Below are positions 40,101 to 47,325 of a DNA stretch of 64,000 nucleotides, in pieces. The notes under the pieces were generated by a model, which saw nothing but the letters and a program-made list of their open reading frames with translations, ran no database searches and had not been told where the DNA came from. This DNA comes from Candidatus Latescibacterota bacterium (GTDB taxonomy: Bacteria; Latescibacterota; UBA2968; UBA8231), in contig CBDETY010000003.1 of NCBI GenBank assembly GCA_965243025.1, positions 2,368,001 to 2,432,000 of the forward strand, in the 5' to 3' direction. Position numbers and translations under genes: made by a program. Within the stretch, counting starts at the first letter, position 1, and every line of letters starts with the position of its first letter.

Positions 40101-42819
40101 CCTGGGGATTCCATACGGGCTGGCGCTGGACGTGTCCGGCGGCAAGATGTACTGGACCAACCGGCAGACCAACAGGATCCAGCGGGCCAACCTCGACGGC
40201 TCGGGGGTAGAAGACCTCGTAACCAGCGGCTTGACTTTTCCCGGCGCCCTGGCCCTGGACGCAGCCGGGGGCAAGATGTACTGGACGAACCCCGGCGCGA
40301 CGAAAATCCAGCGGGCCAACCTGAGCGGCTCCAACGTCGAAGATCTCGTCACCAGCGGTTTGACCAGTCCCACCGGGCTGGCACTCGACGTGGGCGGCGG
40401 CAAGATCTACTGGACCGACCGGGGCACCGACAAGATTCAGCGGGCCAACCTGAGCGGCTCCAACGTCGAAGACCTGGTAACCAGCGGCCTGAACAGTCCC
40501 AACGGGCTGGCACTCGACGCGGCCGGCGGCAAGATCTACTGGACCGACGCGGAGACGAACAAGGTGCAGCGGGCCAATCTCGACGGCTCCGGGGTCGAAG
40601 ACCTTCTCACCAGCTCCGACGGACTTGTCGATCCATCCGGAATTGCCGTCGGGGGAACCGCCCGGAACGGGTCCGGTGGCGGTGGAGGCGGTGGCACCTC
40701 CCCTGCCCCCGACCTGGTCGTCGATGCCCCCACGGTCAGCAACAGCAGCCCGACCGCAGGCGCCTCCTTCACCCTGAGGGCCACGGTACGCAACCAGGGG
40801 AACGGGAGGTCGGGCTCTACCACCCTGCGCTACTACCGCTCCACCGACGCAACGGTTTCCACCAGCGACACCGAAGTCGGCACCGACCTGGTCAGCACCC
40901 TGTCCGCCTCTCGCACCAGTTCCGAGTCGATCTTCCTTTCCGCCCCATCGAATGCCGGAACCTACTACTACGGAGCCTGCGTCGAGAGCGTCAGCGATGA
41001 GAGCGAAACCGGAAACAACTGCTCCTCAACCGTTACCGTAACCGTGGGCGCGGCACCTGCCCCTGACCTGGTCGTCGATGCCCCTGCGGTCAGCAACAGC
41101 AGCCCGACCGCAGGCGCTTCCTTCACCCTGAGGGCCACGGTACGCAACCAGGGGAACGGGAGGTCGAGCTCGACCACCCTGCGCTACTACCGCTCCACCG
41201 ACGCAACGGTTTCCACCGGCGACACCGAAGTAGGCACCGATGCGGTGACCACCCTGTCCGCCTCCCGCACCAGTGCCGAGTCGATCAGCCTCCGCGCACC
41301 CTCGAGCGCGGGGACCTACTACTACGGGGCCTGCGTCGAGAGCGTCAGCGACGAAACCGATACAGGAAACAACTGCTCCTCAGCGGTTACCGTAACCGTG
41401 GGTTCCGCCCCGGCTCCGGATCTCGTCGTTGACTCGCCTTCGGTGAGCGACAGCAGCCCGACAGCGGGGGCTTCCTTCAGGCTGAGCGCAACCGTTCGCA
41501 ACCAGGGAACCGGCCAGTCCGCGTCGACAACCGTGCGTTTCTACCGCTCGAGCGACGGGACGATCTCTGCCAGCGACACGGAAGTGGGATCAGCCCACAC
41601 AGTGGGCGGCCTTGCGGCCTCCCGAACAAGCACCCATTCAACCGACCTGACCGCCCCCTCGAGCGCCGGCACCTACTACTATGGCGCCTGTGTCGGGAGC
41701 GTCAGCGGCGAAACCAATTCCGGAAACAACTGCTCCTCAGCGGTGACCGTAACCGTTTCAGCGACCGTCACTCAGCCGGACCCCCAACCCGCCGGGATAT
41801 CAAAGCTGTACTGGTCGGACTGGGGCACGGACAAGATCCAGCGCGCCGACCTCGACGGCTCCAATGTCGAAGACCTGGTTTCCGGCGCCGGACTCAACGG
41901 TCCGGACGGCCTGTCCCTGGATCCGGCCGGCGGCAAGATCTACTGGGCGGATGCCGGCACCAACAAGATCCAGCGGGCGAACCTCGACGGCTCCGGGGTC
42001 GAAGACCTCGTCACCGGCCTGGGGATTCCATACGGGCTGGCTCTGGACGTTGCCGGCGGCAAGATGTACTGGACCAACCGGCAGACGGGAAAGATCCAGC
42101 GGGCGAACCTCGACGGCTCCGGGGCCGAAGACCTCGTCACCAGCGGCTTGACTTTCCCCGGAGCCCTGGCTCTCGACGTTGCCGGCGGCAAGATGTACTG
42201 GACCAACCCGGGGGCGACGAAAATCCAGCGGGCCGACCTGAGCGGCTCCAACGTCGAAGACCTCGTCACCAGCGGTTTGAGCAGTCCCACCGGGCTGGCA
42301 CTCGACGTTTCCGGCGGCAAGATGTACTGGACCGACCGGGGATCGGACAAGATCCAGCGGGCCGACCTGAGCGGCTCCAATGTCGAGGACCTGGTCACCA
42401 GCGGCTTGAGCAGTCCCAATGGCCTGGCACTCGACGTGGCCGGCGGCAAGATGTACTGGACCGACGCGGAGACGAACAAGGTGCAGCGGGCGAACTTGAG
42501 CGGCTCCGGAGTCGAAGACCTTCTCACCAGCTCCGACGGACTGGTCGACCCATCCGGTATTGCCCTGGGAGCTGAGAGCGCCAGTAGCACCGGTACCACC
42601 TATAGAGTGGGCGATGCGCTCCCCGGTGTCCCCACGGGCTCCTTCTTTCCGGCGCGCCTTTCCGGTGGTGCAAGTCTTTCCAGCTCCGGGGGAACCACGA
42701 CCATCACCTTCAACAATGGAGGCGAAATGGAACTGCAGGACGGGACCACCTATACCTGTATCGCTTCAGGAGGATGCAGAGTCGAGAACGGGCGCGTCAC
42801 CCTGGGGGAATTCGAATAG
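37138..42819 (+). CDS. Giant surface protein: N-proximal FlgD-Ig/CTD-like, dockerin-like, 7 CARDB-like repeats, 2 YWTD (LDL receptor class B) propellers
   Basis: NYPNPFNPST..WDATD..AGVY, GDVDNN/GDVNRDG, seven PDLVV...VRNQG...YYYGACV...NNCS units, two blocks of YWTD/YWSD repeats. Confidence 0.85.
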   Translation: MKVAIGCLVWLLSSLQAEAEPLVEGRVRLASGDPAAGAQVLLFDLNDLRLAPAVATTDEAGYFSLPFGGLRGRVPVLPERFELGHNYPNPFNPSTIIPYQLPAPTRLRLEIFNILGQRVTTLVDGERPAGFHTARWDATDAAGRAVAAGVYFYRLKGDGVHLTRRMVLIDGQAGIPSAGGSGPSTAAGEEVETPPVVGLTVSGEGLVPYLDPAFRVEPGMAPVEVVVEALGGVRHGKVASSGILGDVDNNSRVDIFDALLVAVYSANPSLVMPNNGDITLGDVNRDGRTDLTDAYHIAAYTVDPSDPTLPPGIGEALVQGTGTASLSPPPSTVSFEDDGAWHRFTVRAGESIVVVANPTGTTPRVEINATSGSNYCPAEAEDDRARQDGEEVYLAGCSSGTGTVELRRASDQTVLQTYTFTIRGQGTGGGGGGTGPDLVVEPPAVSNSSPTAGASFTLRARVRNQGAARSSSTTLRYYRSTDATVSTSDTQVGTDPVSSLSASRTSFESISLRAPSSAGTYYYGACVESVSDETDTGNNCSASVTVTVGAAPAPDLVVETPTVSNGSPTAGASFTLRARVRNQGNGRSSSTTLRYYRSTDATVSASDTEVGTDPVSSLSASRTSSEFISLRAPSSAGTYYYGACVESVSGETNTGNNCSAAVTLTVGAAPAPDLVVETPTVSNSSPAAGASFTLRARVRNQGNGRSSSTTLRYYRSTDATVSASDTQVGTDRVSSLSASRTSSESISLRAPSSAGTYYYGACVESVTGETNTGNNCSASVTLTVGAAPAPDLVVEAPTVSNSSPAGGASFTLRATVRNQGAARSGSTTLRYYRSTDATVSTSDTEVGTDPVSSLSASRTSSESISLRAPSSAGTYYYGACVGSVSGETNTGNNCSAAVAVTVPGTVTQPPPQPGVAKLYWSDWGTDKIQRADLDGSNVEDLVTGAGLDGPDGLSLDLAGGRIYWADAGTNKIQRANLDGSGVEDLVTGLGIPYGLALDVSGGKMYWTNRQTNRIQRANLDGSGVEDLVTSGLTFPGALALDAAGGKMYWTNPGATKIQRANLSGSNVEDLVTSGLTSPTGLALDVGGGKIYWTDRGTDKIQRANLSGSNVEDLVTSGLNSPNGLALDAAGGKIYWTDAETNKVQRANLDGSGVEDLLTSSDGLVDPSGIAVGGTARNGSGGGGGGGTSPAPDLVVDAPTVSNSSPTAGASFTLRATVRNQGNGRSGSTTLRYYRSTDATVSTSDTEVGTDLVSTLSASRTSSESIFLSAPSNAGTYYYGACVESVSDESETGNNCSSTVTVTVGAAPAPDLVVDAPAVSNSSPTAGASFTLRATVRNQGNGRSSSTTLRYYRSTDATVSTGDTEVGTDAVTTLSASRTSAESISLRAPSSAGTYYYGACVESVSDETDTGNNCSSAVTVTVGSAPAPDLVVDSPSVSDSSPTAGASFRLSATVRNQGTGQSASTTVRFYRSSDGTISASDTEVGSAHTVGGLAASRTSTHSTDLTAPSSAGTYYYGACVGSVSGETNSGNNCSSAVTVTVSATVTQPDPQPAGISKLYWSDWGTDKIQRADLDGSNVEDLVSGAGLNGPDGLSLDPAGGKIYWADAGTNKIQRANLDGSGVEDLVTGLGIPYGLALDVAGGKMYWTNRQTGKIQRANLDGSGAEDLVTSGLTFPGALALDVAGGKMYWTNPGATKIQRADLSGSNVEDLVTSGLSSPTGLALDVSGGKMYWTDRGSDKIQRADLSGSNVEDLVTSGLSSPNGLALDVAGGKMYWTDAETNKVQRANLSGSGVEDLLTSSDGLVDPSGIALGAESASSTGTTYRVGDALPGVPTGSFFPARLSGGASLSSSGGTTTITFNNGGEMELQDGTTYTCIASGGCRVENGRVTLGEFE
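38440..39845 (+). repeat. Four tandem 354-bp CARDB-coding repeats
   Basis: PDLVV codons recur at about 38443, 38797, 39151, 39505; three more units at about 40708, 41062, 41416. Confidence 0.85.
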
Positions 42820-43020
42820 AATGACCGATGAATGCGAAAGGGGTGAATCGGGGAAATGCCCTCGGGGGAGGTCGTTCCATGGCAAGGGAGTCTGATTCAA
42901 CTGGCTGATGAGCGCCGGGCGCGTTCTGAGCCGGAGCCTCACTCTCCTGCTCTGAGGGGACGTACGCCATTATTCGAGCACAGGTTGCCCGAAATGGAAT
43001 GCAACAGGGGGCATTACCAT

Positions 43021-46000
43021 ATGAAAACTCCCGTTCTTCTTTCTGCTTTCATGGGGTTGCCCGGCTCTTTTTTCACTCCGCTGGCTGTCGCCTATGGTTC
43101 TCCTCTTCCACCCGACAGCGTGCATTTCTGCCGGACCGTCGATCCCGACCAGTTGAACCGCCTTCATCACCCTCCTGCCGGAAAGCGTCTGCAGGATCTG
43201 AACGTCGGCGAACCGCGCACCGTGCGGCTCTTCTACTTCCTGCCCAACGACCGGCCCTACCGCTCCGAGGTCGTCGATTCCCTCAAATCCGGAATTCTCG
43301 ATCTTCAAACCTTTTTTGCCGGCCAGATGGAGACGCATGATCAGGGTCGCAAAACCTTCAATTTTGAAACCGATGACCGGGGCGACCCGGTCGTCCACCG
43401 CGTCGACGGGGACTCTTCGGACAGCCACTACAGCAGGCGAGGTTATACAGAGGGCGAGATCAAACGAGCGTTCGACAACTCAGCCAATACCATACTGATC
43501 GTGATGGACGTGAGTGCCAGATCCGTGCATGGAGTGGGAACCGGCTCGAAGGGCAGCGGATGGGCGATGATTTACGGAGAATGGAACTGGTTTGCGGCCG
43601 CGCATGAACTTGGGCACTCCTTCGGTTTGCACCATGACTTCCGCGATAATGAATACATAATGTCGTACGGTCGAGCGGATCGGGCATCCGCGAAAATATC
43701 CCCTTGCGCGGCCCGATTCCTGGCGGCAAATCCATACTTCAACTCCGATGTCCCACTTCAGAATGAATCGCCCCCCACGGTAGAGCTTGTTTCCTCTTCC
43801 GAGTATCCATTCGGATCAACAAGTACGGCCGTCCAACTGAGAGTTCGGGATGATGATGGACTTCACCAGTTGATCCTGTTCGTGATGCCCAAAAATCCCT
43901 TTCTGGGCGGCACTCCCGAAGTGAAAGCGTGGAATGCATTGTCGGCTGAAACAGATACCGTTGTTGAGTTCAACTTCGATGGCAGGCTTCCATCGGACAA
44001 CGTCGGCACCAGCCCCGAGGCTCACACGACGCTTTCGAACACCGTCCAGCATCGAATACATGCCATGGCAGTCGATACAGACGGCAATCGGAACAATATC
44101 CCGAATACCAGTTATCAGTTCAATCTGGAGGCAGGGCACTCGCCGCAACACATCGCCACGGTTGACCGGCCTTACTACTATGACATCGGGGGCTTGGCGA
44201 TTTCCCGTGACGGCTCGCATCTGGCGATCGGGACGGGCGGTACAGTCGAATTGATGGACGCTGCGAAAAGGGAACGCATAACCACCTTCCGCCATACCGA
44301 GGGCAACAGATACACGAACTGGTCCGTCGCTTTTTCACACGATGGGACGCTGCTGGCCTCCGGATCGGCGAACGGCACAATCAAGGTGTGGAACGTGAAC
44401 ACAAGAGAGGAAGCCGCCTCGCTCGACGGGCATACGGAGCAGGTTCTCGCTCTGGACTTTTCGCCTGATGGAACGCTGCTCGCTTCAGGGTCCCGGGACA
44501 GTACCGTAAAGCTTTGGGACGTGACAACATGGACGAACACGGACACGCTCGAAGGACATACGGATGGAATTGTTTTACTCGACTTTCTTCCCGGTGGGAA
44601 GCTCGCAACCAAATCCTGGCGGGATGGAACAGTCAGGATTTGGGATGTGCAAACGAGATCACAGAACTCCACCATTAACACGGATGCGGTCGGGACCGTT
44701 GCGTTGTCACCCGATGGTGCAACTCTCGCATCATCGATTTCCTGGGCCATCAAGCTATGGAGTCTGTCGACAGGAGCACAGACCGGCGCCCTCAACCATA
44801 TGCGGGAATACAATTACGCGCAGCTGGCGTTTTCCCCAGATGGAACAATCCTCGCCGTAGCCGCTAACGGTTTGATTGAAATTTGGAACGTTCCGACGAG
44901 TGAACTCCTGGCTACCATTTCCGGGGGACCGGGAGGGGTGGGAAGGATGTTGTTTTCACCCAATGGGAAGCAACTGATTGCCACTGCTGACAAGGGGATC
45001 AAATTCTGGAACGTGTCCGAGTGGACGGCTCCCACGACTCCGGTCAGCCAACGTACCTCGCAAGTTCGTGAGGCGATTCTCGGCGTAGTCCGCCTTGATT
45101 ATCCGAACCTCTCCAGCTATGCGGAAATTTCCGAGACGCATCTTGCCGGGATTACTGCCCTGTATCTCAACGATAGAGGCATCACCTCCTTGAAACCAGG
45201 GGACCTTGACGGCCTTTCAGGGTTGGAAGAACTCCGACTGTGGGGCAATCAACTCACGAGTCTGCCGGAGGACATTTTCTCCGGGCTTTCGTCTCTGGCA
45301 ATCCTTCGCTTCGGCCTCAATCAGTTGACGACACTTCCGGCAGATCTGTTGGATGGACTTTCCTCCCTGACTGACCTGCGAATGATCGGCAACCAGTTGA
45401 CGACGCTGCCAGACGGAATCTTTGAAGGACTGACCGGGCTGACGAGGCTGGCGTTGGGTAGTAACTCTGTTAACCCCCTCCCACTTACCGTATCCCTGCA
45501 AATAGTTGGAAAGGCGCAGTTCAGGGCCGAGGCACCAACGGGGGCACCCTTCGACCTCGTGCTGCCGTTGATTGTTTCAAACGGCAGTATCGACGGCGGC
45601 TCAACCTCCATAACGATACCTGCCGGCAGCGTGGGAAGTGAATTGCTCACCGTGACACGAACACCCGGCGCAGCCTATATGACCAGCATAAATATTGGAA
45701 CATTGCCCGGGTTGCCTGTCAATCATTCAGGCTACACGCTCGTCAGGTCAAACGACCTCCCGCTTGTGTTCACAGAATTGGGAGGAGCGGTATTCACTCC
45801 GGTTTGCGACCGTACGCCGCAGGTGCGCGACGCGATTGTGGGAACGGCGACCGGAGTAAGCAACTGCCGGAACGTGACCAAGGCACATCTGTCCGCTATC
45901 CCGGGCTTACATATACAAAAAAAAGAGATTGCATCACTGAAGGCTGGAGATTTCGCCGGACTCACCGCGCTGGAAAGCCTTTTCCTTTGGCGCAACGAGT

Positions 46001-47313
46001 TAAGTTCGTTGCCGGCGGGCATCTTCGACAATCTCGACGCCCTGACACAGCTCCACCTTTACACCAACAGGTTTACCACGTTGCCAGCGGGCACCTTTGA
46101 ACACCTCGGCGCACTGACATTCCTGGGCCTGTCCCATAACCAGTTGAATTCGTTGCCCCCGGGAATCTTTGACAACCTCAACGCGCTGAGAACGCTCCGC
46201 CTGTGGAGTAACCAGTTATCGACGTTACCGAAGGGCATTTTTGACAACCTCAACGCACTGACGGAGCTCAACCTTAACAACAACCATTTCACCACTCTAT
46301 CAGCGGGAATTTTCGATGGGCTGTCCTCGCTGCAAACTCTCGATCTGTACAACAACCAGCTCACCACCCTACCGTCCGGCATCTTTGACAACCTCAACGC
46401 ACTAACCGAGCTCACCCTGTACAACAACCAGTTCACCACCCTACCCGCGGGCATCTTTGAAGGACTGACCTCGCTGACAAACCTCCGCCTGGAAGGCAAC
46501 CCGGTTGATCCCCTTCCACTTACCGTGACATTGGAAAAGGTTGGCGTGAGTCAGGTCAAAGCGGTGGCCCCCACCGGCGCCCCTTTTGATATGGTCCTGC
46601 CGATAACAGTTGTAAACGGAAGCATCACCGGCGGCTCCACCACCATCTCAATTCCTGCCGGCAGCGTGGACAGCGACACCCTCACCGGGACACGAACCTC
46701 CGGTACGACGGCTGCCGTAACCGTGGATATCGGCACCTTGCCGGGATTGCCCAGTAACCATGACGGCTACGAACTCGTCAAATCCACCGACCTGCCGGTG
46801 GAGATCATCGGGGACGCCGCCGCGCAAGCCTCGACGGATTTCAACGGCGACGGCCAGACGGACTTCGCGGATTTCTTCCTCTTTATCGACGCCTTCGGCG
46901 GCACGGACTCCCGCTTCGACCTCGACGGCAGCGGTACCGTCGATTTCGTCGATTTCTTCCAGTTCATCGATGCCTTCGACCAGGCGGGGCAGGCCAAGCT
47001 GCTGGCACTCGCCCGGGAGATGATCCGCCTGCCTTCCGAAACCCAATTGCAGCAAAACGCTCCCAACCCCTTCAACAGCGAAACAGCCATCTCCTGGTTT
47101 CTGCTGGAGCCGGGGTTTGCTCGAGTGGAGGTGTTCGCGCTGAGCGGGCAGCGGGTGGCGGTCCTGCACCGGGGGCCGCTGCAGGCCGGCTTCCACCGCA
47201 TCCACTTTGACGGCCGCGACGATGCAGGCCGCGCCCTGGCCAGCGGGGTTTACCTCTACCGGCTGGTGTGCTCCGACCGCGTCCTGACCCGCAAGCTCAC
47301 CCTGCTGAGATAG
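43021..47313 (+). CDS. Secreted metzincin-like peptidase + WD40 + two LRR blocks + EF-hand/dockerin-like + FlgD-Ig/CTD-like tail
   Basis: HELGHSFGLHHD...IMSY (zinc motif and Met-turn), GH...WD repeats, LxxLxLxxNQLTTLP repeats, DFNGDGQTDF, QNAPNPFNSET...LTLLR. Start placed at ATG 43021 by comparison with paralog at 62081. Confidence 0.85.
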   Translation: MKTPVLLSAFMGLPGSFFTPLAVAYGSPLPPDSVHFCRTVDPDQLNRLHHPPAGKRLQDLNVGEPRTVRLFYFLPNDRPYRSEVVDSLKSGILDLQTFFAGQMETHDQGRKTFNFETDDRGDPVVHRVDGDSSDSHYSRRGYTEGEIKRAFDNSANTILIVMDVSARSVHGVGTGSKGSGWAMIYGEWNWFAAAHELGHSFGLHHDFRDNEYIMSYGRADRASAKISPCAARFLAANPYFNSDVPLQNESPPTVELVSSSEYPFGSTSTAVQLRVRDDDGLHQLILFVMPKNPFLGGTPEVKAWNALSAETDTVVEFNFDGRLPSDNVGTSPEAHTTLSNTVQHRIHAMAVDTDGNRNNIPNTSYQFNLEAGHSPQHIATVDRPYYYDIGGLAISRDGSHLAIGTGGTVELMDAAKRERITTFRHTEGNRYTNWSVAFSHDGTLLASGSANGTIKVWNVNTREEAASLDGHTEQVLALDFSPDGTLLASGSRDSTVKLWDVTTWTNTDTLEGHTDGIVLLDFLPGGKLATKSWRDGTVRIWDVQTRSQNSTINTDAVGTVALSPDGATLASSISWAIKLWSLSTGAQTGALNHMREYNYAQLAFSPDGTILAVAANGLIEIWNVPTSELLATISGGPGGVGRMLFSPNGKQLIATADKGIKFWNVSEWTAPTTPVSQRTSQVREAILGVVRLDYPNLSSYAEISETHLAGITALYLNDRGITSLKPGDLDGLSGLEELRLWGNQLTSLPEDIFSGLSSLAILRFGLNQLTTLPADLLDGLSSLTDLRMIGNQLTTLPDGIFEGLTGLTRLALGSNSVNPLPLTVSLQIVGKAQFRAEAPTGAPFDLVLPLIVSNGSIDGGSTSITIPAGSVGSELLTVTRTPGAAYMTSINIGTLPGLPVNHSGYTLVRSNDLPLVFTELGGAVFTPVCDRTPQVRDAIVGTATGVSNCRNVTKAHLSAIPGLHIQKKEIASLKAGDFAGLTALESLFLWRNELSSLPAGIFDNLDALTQLHLYTNRFTTLPAGTFEHLGALTFLGLSHNQLNSLPPGIFDNLNALRTLRLWSNQLSTLPKGIFDNLNALTELNLNNNHFTTLSAGIFDGLSSLQTLDLYNNQLTTLPSGIFDNLNALTELTLYNNQFTTLPAGIFEGLTSLTNLRLEGNPVDPLPLTVTLEKVGVSQVKAVAPTGAPFDMVLPITVVNGSITGGSTTISIPAGSVDSDTLTGTRTSGTTAAVTVDIGTLPGLPSNHDGYELVKSTDLPVEIIGDAAAQASTDFNGDGQTDFADFFLFIDAFGGTDSRFDLDGSGTVDFVDFFQFIDAFDQAGQAKLLALAREMIRLPSETQLQQNAPNPFNSETAISWFLLEPGFARVEVFALSGQRVAVLHRGPLQAGFHRIHFDGRDDAGRALASGVYLYRLVCSDRVLTRKLTLLR

Positions 47314-47325
47314 TCGCACTCCCCG

